From Paramecium tetraurelia (lineage: Eukaryota), in contig CT868163.1 in NCBI GenBank assembly GCA_000165425.1, forward strand, positions 310,001 through 374,000: a stretch of DNA of 64,000 nt, written 5' to 3'. Positions within the stretch are counted from its first letter, which is position 1, and every line of letters starts with the position of its first letter. The position numbers and the translations under genes were made by a program. This document shows positions 20,396 through 34,183 of the stretch, piece by piece. The notes under the pieces are model-generated. The model was given only the letters and a program-made list of their open reading frames with translations. It had not been told where the DNA came from and ran no database searches.

Positions 20396-21419
20396 ATGCT
20401 TGATTTCCCTATGTATTATTTCTGAAATAAATAGAATAAAGTGACTATCCTCAATTTTAATCTAATTCCCGAAGAGTCAGTCATTTGGTTTTATAATAGT
20501 GTATAACTGCAAAATCTTAAAAACTTTAATTATTTGATTACCAAAAGAAACCAACAAAAAAAAATTCATTAATACACTGTTTTCGTTTATTAAAGGGAGA
20601 AAAAGATGACAATACCTTAAATCCTATTCAAACTGAAAAGTAAATAAAAAGTAAGAAAATTATAAATTTAAAACCATTGAAGAATGTAATTGAAAAAATA
20701 GCTTTAATGCGATAATAATAATAACCAAGGAGAAAATCTGCATATGGAGATACATTTGGTGAAATGGCAGCAAAATAATTTTCCAATCTGCCAACACAAA
20801 TTTAATAACATCATTAAATTGATGGTTAACGATTTGCTTTGACTAGTTTTGCTGATATTTTAGAAAGAAAGAAGTAAAAAAGAACTACAAGAAAACCTAG
20901 TCTGCTAAGGAAATTAACTAAACAAGATACAATTGTTGGTAATGATTCTCATTAATTTAAGAATATGATAACATGGAAAGGCCACCTTCATGCAAGACTC
21001 CTCCTAAATACATTACTATAAAATCAAATCATAAATCTTAAATAGAGCTTGATAAAGAAAAATATTTCAAAGTTTAAGATTGTAAAATGAATTAATTTTT
21101 AGCTGGAAAATCTGAATAGTTAAAAATGTTAATGAATGGTAATAGAGCTCTCACTTTTAATCTCTAAATAACAACTCCTCAATCTTCTTCTATTGGTAAT
21201 TAAAGAAATTCTGTCTTATTTCCAACACTTCCAATCAACAAAATCAGCAGGTGTATTACTAATCATTATGAAAATAAAATTGGTTTTCAATTAAGTAGTA
21301 GATCATTGAAAAATTAAAATACACCCTATCTTAAATAAAATCAAATGCTTACTAAATTAATACGAACAGAACTCAAAAACTAATCTCATCCTTTATATAG
21401 ATTTAGTTATCATTTATGA
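20396..21419 (+). CDS. Hypothetical basic low-complexity protein
   Basis: Long code-6 frame with short introns; no recognised motif. Confidence 0.55.
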
Positions 21420-21483
21420 TTATATTTGATGTTAATTATACTATTTTTATAGAGTATTTATAAAATTAAATTCACTCTATCTT

Positions 21484-23193
21484 TCATTCGATAGATGGTT
21501 TCCTGATGAATGAACTCTTTTTTGTATTAGTTTATCTTAGTATTTAATGAATAGATTAAACCATCTATTATCTCTATCTAAAACTAGATAACTCTTGATT
21601 CCTAGCACTATTTAATAATGCAGGTTAACTATTATTTTTATTATGAGCAATTAAAGCTTTGGTTTTCTCTATTGTACCCATTATCTTCTTGTCGAATGAT
21701 TCCTTAAGCTATTATTATGTTATCCTATTTATTTAGTTTTCTTTAAAGTTACGAAAGGAAATGACCTTATTTTTTTCTTATAAGGCTAATCCCTTAATCC
21801 AAGGATGTTATATAGCTTCATTAGCTCTGATTCTTAATTCAGGTTCCCAAACTAAACACTTTTGTATGAAATCAACAAAGTCTTCTTCAGTTGTCTTGAG
21901 TAATTCATTCAAGTTAATCGATTTTGGTTTTCTATATTATTTGATTGTTTTCTTAGGGTGTCCTGAGTCATCAAAGAACATCTTTTTTCTTGGGCATTTC
22001 AAAGCAAATTCAGCCTTTGGAATACCTACGACTTCCATTATCAGATTAAATTGGTCCACTTCATTTTCTCCAGGAAACAAAGGCTTCCCAGTATGAAGTT
22101 CAGCAATCACGCATGCCAGACTCCACATGTCTATTTCATAACCATATTTTAAACCAAAAAATACTTCAGGAGCTCGATAATATCTAATATATTTTAAATT
22201 GTATACCTACTTTAAATATAAGTATAAAATTAATTACCTTCAAAACATCCTGTTCCAAAATCCACTATTTTTACTACTTTTTATTGCATATCACTAATCA
22301 TAATATTCTCTGGTTTTAGATCACAATGAACGATGTTACATTACCTTAAAAAAGTCAGGCCTTTCACTATTTGATAGGCTATCTTCTTTAATGTTTCATA
22401 ATCAAATCCTCTGAATAATTGATATTTCAGCAATTCAAATAAAGTGTATTCCAACTTCTCGAAGACCAAGCATTAATGTCCTCTAAATGTAAAATGATCC
22501 TACAATTTAACTATAGATTAGAGGCCCATAGGATCTTTAGCTTAAATTGTAAGGAGAATATTCGTTTCAACCTATGCTTACTTTTTTAAATTGTCTTAAT
22601 TTCTTATTATTTTTAAAGCAACCGTATGTTTGGTTTTATGATCCAATACTTCGAATACCTGTCCAAAACTTCCAGATCCTATTTGTTTTATGATTTCATA
22701 TTGGTATCGAATATGATCCTTAGGATGAGCTAGATAGTCACCATTTGGTCCTTCTGGAGATACCTTCTATGGCTTATAATAATAGACCTAAAATTTCAAG
22801 ATCAATTACTTGTTTTATCCCTGCCAATTCACCAGTTTCACTTTTGCTTAAATTATAAAGCTTAACAAATTAATCAACAAGAAGAGGGAATTTGCTGAAA
22901 GCACTTTCGAAATCTGTAGACTTCTTCTATTAAGGAGACAATAAATTTTAGCTTGAAAGAGAGTTTTACACTAGTATCAAAGGTTATTGAGTTTTGATAT
23001 TTTTGGCAATCCCATTTGGACTATTAGGTTGAGTGCTTATTTTTTTAGTTGAAGAGGGTAAAGAATTCTAAAATTCAGCTTTGAATGATGCGAAATCTAA
23101 ATGAATTGAGAGTTTCTTAGGATTCGAAAATTTCATTAATTCAACACTTCTGTTAAAATTATTATGGGATTTAATTTTATATTGAATGTACAT
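21484..23193 (-). CDS. DYRK-family kinase
   Basis: DHIRYQYE, IGSGSFGQV, HCDLKPEN, YTYIQSRYYRAPE, DMWSLAC. Confidence 0.9.
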
Positions 23194-23746
23194 TTAATCC
23201 TCAATAATTGCAAGCAAATATAAATTATCGATATTGGACAAATTTTCTTTAAATTTTCATCAAAATTCTTTATGAATTCTTATAATCCAACAAGCACAGT
23301 ATCAAATGAATCATTTATTTTTAACATGTTTTAGTTGCTACCAATTTTATGTAAAGATTTAGAATAAAGAAATATGTTCTTTGAAAAAATACCAAATACA
23401 ACTAAACTTACACTTGATCAATCTTAGTAATTGAGCTTCTAGAAATATTTTAATAAAAATTTGTTAAAAAGAAACAATTTTTAAAGAACTTACTCATATT
23501 CAAACACAAACATTATAATTATATATTTATATATACACAAATTGTATTAATTATAGTTATTGATAACTAAATCTTAACTTTTAAATCAAATAAATAGAAT
23601 TAATCCTTCTAACAGATTAGATTAGAATAAAATATTTGTTGATAAGATTAATAACAAGTGTAAAAATTAATATTATTAGCAGTTTATTAAAAGAAAATGT
23701 ATTGAATAATCAATTTACTATTATCATAATAATCAATAGGATTATT

Positions 23747-24589
23747 TCAAGAAGCTTCTTTTTTGTATAATTTCAATTTTTATTATTCTTTAAACTCTTT
23801 GATTTTCTTATCAAAAATACTTAATTATCTCATCTGTCTTTCCTTTTCTTCTTAATCTTCCTATTTTTATTGATACTAAAAATTAAAGTTATAAGTTTAA
23901 TCTTCTGAGAATTCTGTTATTTTATGACTTAAGTCTTTTTCAAAATTGACTTGGATACCTTTGTTTTCAGTCAATAATTTATGAGAATTTCTTTATTTTT
24001 GTTAAGTGGTATTTTTGATTTGCACAGCTTATTTCTATATGCTATCAATAGATCTATTATTGACAGAATAAATGTTTTAAGATATACTCTTAAAGCAACG
24101 TTAATCAACTTGTTAATTTTAGTAACTTCTGGTTGAAATTTATGCAGGTATATTCAATGTAGACTATTCTTTTTTATGAATTCTAATGGGAGGCAGTGAT
24201 GATGGTTTTTTATCACTATGAATACCTTATATCAATGATTTATTCTGAGCTAATAAATGCTAGTAAGACTCAAATATTCCCTATTTTTTCTTAAAACCCT
24301 TGGTCTTATATTCATTCAGATATCTTGGAATGTAGATGTCCTTTTGTTTAATAATATATTCTGGTCTTTCGACTGAATCTGTGGTTTGAACTAGAGGATT
24401 ATAGATTTGAACAGGAGGTAATTTTTTAGTAATGTAATATGTAGGTTTATCATTTTAGATTAAGGCATCTTGATGTAAGGGACTATTAAATTATCGATTG
24501 TTTGGAAGATGACTTGAGCTCTCATATCTCATTATGTCCTTTCCTCTCTTCGTAGGTTAATGATCTCTATTCTCAAGAAATTTAAGCAT
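23747..24589 (-). CDS. Hypothetical protein
   Basis: Code-6 ORF MLKFLENRDHQPTKRGK.. ending in charged coiled-coil. Confidence 0.6.
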
Positions 24590-24605
24590 TTTATTATTTT
24601 ATAAT

Positions 24606-25020
24606 ATGAAAATTTCCATAGAAATTGAAAGGAGTTTTTATAATTGGAAGGCAAAGTGAAGAGAGAGTATTTTACTATAATCTACATAGTGTCTACCTTA
24701 TGCAAAGTAAATTATAATATTTATTTGTTGTAGGAGTTACGAGTGAGATCTTGTAGTATTGAAATGGTAATACAAAGGGCATATAAGAAAAAATATGAAT
24801 GAAAAGTTATTAATAATATACATTCAACATTTTTTAGAATCTATATGATTACATTTTTAATGTATATAAAACTTTTGATAGAAGATGTACATTATCAATA
24901 ATAGTACATTCTACTAATTTCGCAATATTCTATTCATATATTAAGAATATTTAATAAAAACCTAATTAAATATCAGTCATAGGGTTAAGAGAGGAACTGC
25001 TCTAGTAGCAGAATTAAATG
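24606..25020 (+). pseudogene. Decayed Aurora-like kinase N-lobe remnant
   Basis: Fragments in different frames: FIIGRQ, VYL, LVVLK..YKGHIRKNMNEK, NLYDYIF, KMYII; in-frame TGAs; retains GTA..TAG intron-like segments. Confidence 0.4.
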
Positions 25021-25043
25021 AATGAAAATTATAATATATTTAA

Positions 25044-25840
25044 ATGTATAAATTCTTAAAATTAATTGGAAGAGACACAGAAAAATATAAAAAGGTCTCA
25101 TTCTTTTGTCTGTAGGGTTAAATAACCAGCTCTATGTAAAAATTCAAGAAATTCTTAGGACTTATAAGGTTTATAAAGCATTAAAAAAATTCCATCCAGA
25201 AAACTCTAAGGCAATTGCTTTGATAATCAATTCAACTGGAGGTAGTCTAGCACATGCTCATATCATACAAAGAAAATTTGATTAAGTTAGAAAAAAGCAC
25301 AATATTCCATTGTATACGTTTGCAGAAGACTATGCATTATCAGGAGCATTTTATTTATTGTGTATGGGAGATAAAATATTTTGTAATAAGACTTCAATTG
25401 TTGGGGCTGTGGGAACATAAATTTAAACCTTAAACATTCTAAACTTATTCGAACATTACAATTTGGAGGTTCGAACTTTTAATTCTGGTTCTAATGAAAC
25501 ATTTTTATAATAATTAGACCCTTTAAGTAATAATACTTCCACGAATATATTGGAAAATATTAGTGAATAATAAAACCAACAACTCTAATTATAAATCAGT
25601 CAGATGATTGGAAATAGGTAAAATAAAGAATAAGTTTTAACTGGATCTATTTTCAATGGACAACAGCTATTTGAGGATTACAAGTAAATAGATTAAGTAT
25701 GAAATAATAGATTCATTGATGGGATTGGACAGTATTTGAATGTACTTTCGAATGAGTATCCATAAAATAAGATAGAGAATGCCACTTAGAAAACTTAAAG
25801 GGAAAAAATGATAGAATTCTTTGAAAGTAAGTTAAATTGA
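25044..25840 (+). CDS. Peptidase S49 (SppA-like)
   Basis: KAIALIINSTGGS, YTFAEDYALSGAFYLL, TSIVGAVG, VLTGSIFNG, FIDGIG. Confidence 0.8.
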
Positions 25841-25903
25841 AAATTGAATGATATTATTTAAGAGTGAGTTTTAGATTATAATAACTTAATCAATTATTTT
25901 ATA

Positions 25904-26853
25904 ATGTAATATCAATTTCCTCTGGAAGTAGCAGTTAACAATGATTTTAGAAAAACACAAAGTGCAAATAAATGCAGAGGTGGAGAACCACCAAACAAAA
26001 TGTACTAGAACTTCACTCATAAAAATTAAAGCCAACCCAAAGTTGTGAATCTCTTTAGAAGTTTTATTTGATACTTTAACATTTTATAGATCATCCTGAT
26101 CGATCTAACCATTATTTGAAAACTTCGATTGATGTTCATGAAATACACAAATCCAAAAAATCTGTCACTTCTCATCAAAGAATCAAAACTGAGATTGATA
26201 AACCTAATGAGTCTAATAATTACCCTAACGAGATTTTAATGTTTTTAAGTATAAATTGAGATTGATAAGGTAGATAAAGGTGAGATTCAGAACAGTAAGT
26301 TGAATGCGTTAAATAATCGTATTGCAACTAATAAAGGGAATCGATTAAAAGCAGTTAAAGTTAATTAAGGAAGGTTTCTTCTCTCTAATATATATAGTAT
26401 ATAGAGAAATCTATGATTGCGATCATTCCAAACAATCTAGTTAACCTGATCTACAAATTTAAATTCTCAGAAAGTCAAGCAACTATTTAAGTAACAATTA
26501 CTAGTAGTTTAAGGGAATGTTAATAAGGGCTTGTCGACTCCAAATAAGATGGATGAGAACCCTTAAATCAACTATTACTAATTGAGAAATCGAAGAAGTA
26601 ATTATACAAGATCTGACGATGTGACTCCATTAAGAAGATCCGTATTTTAATAGATCCAAGATTATAGTGATACAAAATTGGAGTATCGAAACAATAGTTT
26701 AATTATAGTTAAATAAATATGACAAAGGAGGAAGATATAATGCAGTTTTCATTTGGATTACAGTATAATAAATTGAGAGTTTTAAAACGATTTCCAAAAG
26801 ACATATTTTATGGGGATGTTCGAAAGGCTAAGAAAAACTTACAAATGTTATGA
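25904..26853 (+). CDS. Hypothetical protein
   Basis: Code-6 frame MQYQFPLEVAVNNDF.. with short introns, TGA 26851-26853. Confidence 0.6.
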
Positions 26854-27374
26854 TAATTTATACCACATATTTATATAAGATATGAATTACAAAATTACAA
26901 TAAAACAATATTTTTAGTTCAAATCTTATTAAAAGTGTCGTAGTATTAACCAATAGTTATTCATATTATATAATTAATTGATTCTATGTTTAAATGCGTG
27001 GTAGATAAATTCTTGCTTATTAATATAGAATATAATAATAATAATAGATACAAGGACATTTACTTAAATAATAACAGATAAATCATATAAATATCATGTT
27101 TATAAGTAATTTGTGTTAGATTTGCTGATTTATTACATATGATTTTATGTCTAATTGATTGGAACTATATGTATGAATAAGATTTTTGAATAGATTTATT
27201 TAATTTTATAGGTTTTAATGATATTAAGCCAGAAAAAAATCTGAATTCTTAGGAAAATGAAGTGTTATTTTAATAAATTGGTATATTATACAATGTTGAT
27301 TTATAATATGCATTATATTATATATAAAAATAGCACCTGAAATATTACTTTTGTGACATCATTAAATTTAATTC

Positions 27375-28909
27375 ATGAGATTGTTATTATCTTTGTTTGT
27401 TCTAGTTGTAGTCATCCATTGTAAAACTAAAGAAGAATGGAAGAGTAGATCAGTTTATCAATTGCTCACTGATAGATTTGCTACAAGCCAGGGCAAGTCT
27501 ACTTCTTGCAATTTGGGGAATTATTGTGGTGGTGACTACAAAGGAATGATTCAACAACTAGATTATATTTAAAGTAAATATAATAACATTTTGAGATTTG
27601 GGATTCGATGCTATTTGGATTACACCTGTAGTGGATAATTATGATGGTGGATATCATGGATATTGGGCCAGGGATATGTATGGTGTCAATCGCAATTTTG
27701 GTTCTGCTGATGATTTAAAGGCCCTTGTCAATGCCTGCCATTAAAGAGATATATGGGTTATGGTTGATGTTGTGGCAAATCATGTAAATTATTTGATCAA
27801 AATTAGATGGGAAATACAAATCTAAATTTCAATTAAAACAACCCCTTCAATCAATCATCTCATTATCATGATTGGTGTGATATCACAGACAACGATTTTA
27901 ACTCACACAACCTTTACAATATTGAAAGATGTAGACTTGCAGGTCTGGCTGATCTTAATTAAGATAATCAATTTGTTACAGAATAATTATTATAATGGAT
28001 CAAATGGCTAGTCTAAGAATTTAAATTTGATGGAATCAGAATTGACACTCTCATGATGGTCAAAATCGATTTCTGGTATAAGTTCTCTGAAGCTGCTGGA
28101 GTCTATACAGTTGGAGAAGTGTTTGATGGTGACATGAACTTCTTAAAACAATTCGTTGGTCCAGTCGATGCTCTATTGAATTATCCTCTTTTCTACACAG
28201 CCAGAGATGTGTTCCTTCATTGGAGAGATATGAACACATTTGAAAATTACTACAACAGCTTAACTAACTCTTGGGGTAAGTAGAATATTCAATACGCTGG
28301 TAATTTCAATGACAATCACGACAATGCAAGATTCTTAAACGACTAAGTCTCAGGATACATTCCAGATGAAGTATTCTTAAGTGACAAACCTCATTTGACC
28401 TTTTCTGCTATCAAAAAGCTCTAATTCAAGGCCATCACTGCATTTTGTTTGACTTCTGTTGGAATCCCAATGATTTACTATGGTAGTGAATAACTCTATG
28501 CTGGTGGTAATGATCCATAAAACAGAGAAGTTTTGTGGGGTAATTTGGATTAGTAAGAATTTAATTTATCAATAGATCCTCCGAAATGTACAAATTCATC
28601 CAAGCAATCAATAATGCACGTAAGACTACAAATGCAGGAAGTCAAGATCAAATTCAAAGATATTCAGATTCTGAAATCTATGCCTTCACCAGAGGTACTT
28701 TGTTTGCTGCATTCTCAAGTAAATACGACAGATAAGTTGTCAAGACCATCACCTATCATCCATATGCTGAGGGTATGATAATATAGTAATAATTAGGAAC
28801 AACTCTTTGCAATATCTTCTATCCAACAACCGATTGTATCAAAGTCGCCAGTGGAAAATTCACATTATATTTAAATTATGGAGAAGTCAAGATATTCATT
28901 CCAAAATGA
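27375..28909 (+). CDS. Secreted alpha-amylase (GH13)
   Basis: Signal peptide; [54 protein letters not shown]. Confidence 0.95.
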
Positions 28910-29001
28910 TTTTCATTAATTTTTTAGTTCATTTATTACAATATTAATAAACTAGAGTTTTAGTGTAATAAATTATAAATAAATTTATTGTTAAAAAATA
29001 G

Positions 29002-29744
29002 ATGGACAACCCAATCAAATTAAGTTAATTGAAGTCTTCTTCCAAGTAGAAGGAAATGGTGGACAAGCTCTTCAAGATTCCCATTGAATAAATATAGAAA
29101 TTCAATTAGAAGTCGTAATCTAAATCTGACATAATAAATGAATTGCGCCAAGAGAATTATGATTTAAAAAACACTGTTAATGAATTGAGACAGAGAATTC
29201 AGGAATTAGAATAACAATTATAGAATCAATAGAATCCTCAAATAGAGGAGGAGCATTAAGAATAAGTTTCAGTTGAAAAATCACAAAATGAATTTTAGGA
29301 AGAAATGACAGAAGAGGAGAAATCAATGCAATTAGCATTTATGTTACAATAGCAAGAGGAGATGGAATTCCAAAACCGTTTGTCTTAGTATTCTATTATA
29401 TTTATTCACCCCTCTAGAATGTAAAACAATGTAGATCTTGATGAAATGAGCTATGAACAATTGCAAGAATTGTAAGAGAAGATGGGATTTGTCAGTAGAG
29501 GGTTGCTCCTAAATCAAATTCAATTGCTACTGAAATAATGCAAAATCAAACAGCAAATCAATGATTGGTAAGAAGTGTTTTAGATTTTAGTTGCACAATC
29601 TGTCTAGAAGATAGTGGAAATCCAGTTGAAATCGAATTGGAGTGCAGCCATGTATTCCATCAAGAATGCATTTCGGAATGGCTCTCCAGGGAAAAACATT
29701 GCCCAGTGTGTAAGAGAGACATAAATCTTAATAAATACAAATGA
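29002..29744 (+). CDS. RING-H2 E3 ligase (coiled-coil, MIU-like helix, RING)
   Basis: KSMQLAFMLQQQE; DEMSYEQLQELQEKMGFVSRG; CTICLE..LECSHVFHQECISEWL..CPVCK. Confidence 0.88.
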
Positions 29745-30039
29745 AATATGTTTTTACTTATATACTGCTAAATATTTTGTTATCTTGATAAGATTTGCAA
29801 ATAGAATTATTAATTTAATGAAATAAAGAAATTAGTTTTTCTCGAAGTGAACTGAATTTCAGTTTATTCACATTAAGTATTTAATTAATTTTTAAAGTTT
29901 AGTTATTGTGGATTTTGTATTAAGATCTTCTCTTTTTGATTGTTTAATAGGAATCAGAGGATGTTGGAAATGGAAAGGAGCAATTGTTTGGTATATGAAT
30001 AAATAATATATAATAATATATTATTCACAAAAACGAATA

Positions 30040-30848
30040 ATGCAAGATCGAGATGACTTCTAAGGGTCCGAATCCGAAATCGGAAGAAGATAGGAGGAGA
30101 TATTGTTCAAGTGCATACGAATATTCATAGCATTGTCGATCTATTTAATTTTGTAAATCATAGCAATTCGGATTGAATATTAGATCAAATGGATTATTAT
30201 TGGACTCCTATTTTTCGTATGCGATTCCGTCATTTGGATCTTAAGCAGCAAATGGCTATGTATTTAATATTTATTTTACTAGATTAATAGTAATACCCAA
30301 GAATCGCCAAAGTATTTTTAGCAATAGCTCAAAATTCTACTCTAGGATTATTGCCTATTTTCATAATCCTACTCTGTTTGTAACTCGATGGATTCATAAA
30401 CTAGAATCCTATATTAATATTTTTGCCACTCTTTGTTTGGAAGATTTTATTATTGTCCTTCCTCATTTTCATCATACCTGGATTATGCGATGATAATTAC
30501 GGCTCCAAAAAATGGGTAGCAGTCATCATTATTTATTATGTTTCCATCATTTACACTGAGATTACAGCATTAATTTAGTTACAATAACATTTTAATTGGT
30601 TTTGGGTTACTTCATTATTGCTATTTGCCATATCCTACAATATCGTAACCCTCATCACAGATTGTGCCACTTCTATAATATGGCCATGCGTTATTTTAGT
30701 ATGTTTCATTTATTGTTTAACACAATTAACAATTATTTTAAATGATATCACCAATGACTAATAACCATCAAAATCTATCTAATATTAAGCAGTTATGCCA
30801 ATCCTAATAATTAGTCTAATTAATTTAATCAAATAAATAATTGTGTGA
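30040..30848 (+). CDS. Multi-pass membrane protein (TMEM185-like)
   Basis: About seven hydrophobic segments; QLDGFI..IFLPLFVW pattern. Confidence 0.6.
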
Positions 30849-30887
30849 ACTAATAATATTAATATATATTTTATATAAGTTAGAATA

Positions 30888-31634
30888 TCAAATCTTATAA
30901 AATTGCTTAATTGTTTGGTTATTCAGCCGATTATTTTCCATTGTCTCTAACAGTAATATTAACTTTTTCCCCTGCTCCTCGAAAACTATACTGCAAATGA
31001 AATGCCCCAAAATGTCAATAACATAGATGTGTTAAGAGGAATATTCAAAGTCCTTCCTTCTAATAAATTCTTTAGTGAACCCATAATCTACAAAGTAGCT
31101 ATCTCCCTTATACGGTGCTTCCTCCACAATTCTGTCCTTCTCCTCAAATTAAAGTTTCTCCATCGCCTCAGGATGATCGTAGGCTACGTTTCTTATAAAA
31201 AAGATATTTTCAAATTTCTTCTCTCTCAAATAATCGCTTATTTCATAATTAGCCACCCAATCCTTCAAATATTTTGTACCCTCTTTTTCATTAGAACTCA
31301 ACCATTAATTTGATTAAATGTATTTTCTTCGGCTGTTTTGAATAAAAATCATAGCATCTTATACATATTTTCTTCTTAATTAAGAGTTTTTCTTTAAGTG
31401 TTAAATAGCTTAAACATATCCAACTGAAGGTCCTATTTATTTTAAAGCTATTGCATTTGCAACTGATGTGAAACCACAAATGCTTTAGGTGGTTGTAAAC
31501 TTTTCGACTAAATCCTCGAATTCAAGAGAAAATTGGTTATAAAGGTAAATTTATCCTATCGCAGTATTTTCATCTTTCTGGATAATATCATTCACATTAA
31601 TTATCTCTTTAAATTGATTCAAAAATTATTGCAT
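30888..31634 (-). CDS. Intronless 248-aa protein, putative papain-like cysteine hydrolase
   Basis: Continuous code-6 ORF; YNQF..TQSICGFTSVANA..YVIDILGHFIC..LILLLET. Confidence 0.7.
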
Positions 31635-31752
31635 CTATTTTTCTTTGAAACTATAAAATATTAATATAAAAAGAGCATTTAAGTTAAATTTTATACAATT
31701 CTGATTGATACTATTATTAGAATAGAAATTATGTTGGTACATATAATATAAT

Positions 31753-33148
31753 TCAAACTTAAAACTTAGGTTTACAATTCAAGTATTTTGGAACATCAGC
31801 AAATTTAGATGGTACATCATAAGCACCAGGCCCTGGACTGTTATTGATATTATAGATGGGTTTTCGTTTTCTCGACTTACCAAATCCCCAACTTGGTCCC
31901 ATTAAAATAGACTTATAATCGTAAGCCCCAGGTCCTGGCATTTTTTCAGAAGACTAAGCCTTGTTCTATTTAATCTCCTAAGCAATCTTGACTGATCCAT
32001 CATAAGAATAACACAATTTATCTTAAGGGTTATAGGTTCCTATTATTAAACTTAATATAAACCTGGTCCCGGTATGGTTTGTGGTCGCATTTAAGCCTTA
32101 GCCCCTTTGAGTGTGATGTTGCCTAATTTTTAAGGTGGAACATTGTAAGCTCCTGGTCCAGGCACAAACTGCGATTCATTCTCAGCCACAGATATTCTGT
32201 TTGCTTTACTTAAACTGTAACAAGGCTATGTTTTCTTGCTCCTTACGTCATATTTCCTAAGAAAAGAATAAGGTTTAAATTTACTCAGAGTAATACCTTC
32301 CAGGTCCAGGGTCTTGTGTAATTTTTTATGATGGGAGTCTAGACTCCTTCCCGATTTTGAATACAGGTTGTGAAGATTTAACGAAAGATACATCTGGAGA
32401 ATATTTACCTGGCCCTGGTATTGACTTATCGCATTCTTAAGTTTTTAATTTAGGTTTAAGTGTGAAACTCTATTGTGTCAATGTACTCTTTAGTTCATAC
32501 ATTCCTGGGCCAGGGGAACCCATATCCAATGATTAATGCATTTTAAAATTGTTCTTGGATCCGAAACCCCATGAAGGTTATGATTTATGCGGTGAAAATT
32601 TATTATGATTTGTTAAATCGTATTCTAGGATAATTATATAAGTATACATCCTGGTCCAGGTGAACTTGAACCATCTTCCATAGTCCTTATTCTTTTTTCA
32701 ATAGGGAATTTACTCGAAATCGTTGTCTAATGAGTCTAATTTAAATCATAAGTTCCAGGACCGGGAACAAAATTTTTGATGATTTTATCAATCTTTACAC
32801 CCATACTATACGATGGGATTTTTTTATGCACCGTCAAGAACTGTTCTTCTTTGTAATTACCTGGTCCAGGAGATTACGAAATAACTTTCTCTTTAAGTCT
32901 ACCCTTAATGGTACAACATGGTGCACCATTGATCAAAGATTTCTATGGATATTAACCTGGTCCAGGAGTGTATGATTTTATTCTTACTTCTCTCTTTACT
33001 TTTCCTCCGATTCTAGTGATATTTATTCATTATACGTCCACTGAGGAGAGGTCGGTTGATTATTTAAGGAGTAAGCATTTGGAGCAGGAACCAAATTTTT
33101 GATAGGACTGTCTCTCTTTGCAGTTCCAATGGAATAAGCAGAAACCAT
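31753..33148 (-). CDS. ODF3/SHIPPO-1-like PGP-repeat ciliary protein
   Basis: About 12 PGPGxY repeats spaced roughly 100 nt apart. Confidence 0.9.
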
Positions 33149-33242
33149 TAAAAAAACAAGTTATTAAATTTTATTATGCACAATAAATAAGAAGAAATTC
33201 ATTTTATATTTGATTAAGTTTATATTTTTATAATTTCCTTTA

Positions 33243-34109
33243 ATGTCTTTAACTAAAAGAGAGACATCAAAAAATCACATGAATTCAGAAGTCAACCTAT
33301 TCAATTAAGTTGAAAAAGAACTAACGAGAAAAAGACCAGGTTCTGGGTAACCAATTTCAACTAAGAAATCTCCTTTGCCTTTGAGAAAACCTGGTGTCTC
33401 TGGGACTTAAAAGTAGATAATAAAAGAGCCTGAATAACAATTGAAACCCAGATAGCTCAGTAGTAATTCATAAAAAACATCTTAAACTTAATAATTGCCC
33501 ATGATTGTAAGTCTATTCAATTTATTTCTTTTAGAAAAATCCACCCCAACAATAGAAACCTTAGATTTAAATAGATAAAAAAATTATCATGATGAAATAA
33601 GAATCGGCAACAACTTCAGCAAGAGGTACCTTAACAGGAGAACATTCATAAAGGAATAGTAGCAATTAAAATTTGTCTACTGCAGATACTAGTACCAAAT
33701 AGTTTAATTGGATTGATGATCAATTAACTTCCAGGAGAGACTCATCATTAAATGTATGTAATTCAATATAGCAAGAAAAAAAGAATGAGTTCCAAAGAAA
33801 AGTAGACTACAACTACTTAAACCTAAAAAAGTAAATTATAAGATAATCACAAGAATTCTCATCCTCCTCTTTATCAACCAAAATGCTGTATTGATTTTAC
33901 AATGACTGCTGGGAAAAATGATTTAACTAAAATGTTGGATTCAATTAAGGGGGAAATCAAACAAATTGCAGAAGAATAATCGCATTAAAATGGAGTATTT
34001 TTAAATATGAGTGGTAAGCTTATTATAATTACATTAAGAAATTAAAGAGATGCCTGATGATGGATGTTCTTCTATAGGATAGAGTACGGTTTATCAATTT
34101 AAAAAATGA
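33243..34109 (+). CDS. Hypothetical protein
   Basis: Code-6 frame MSLTKRETSK.. with short introns. Confidence 0.6.
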
Positions 34110-34183
34110 GAATAAATTACTCATAGTATTACTAAATTGATTTACAATTTAATAGTAAATAAATATTATATATAAAAATTGTA

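Noticed and set aside
31291..31479. PHD-like MWFHISCKC track ORF
   Set aside because: Alternative frame within the continuous 248-aa ORF 30888-31634
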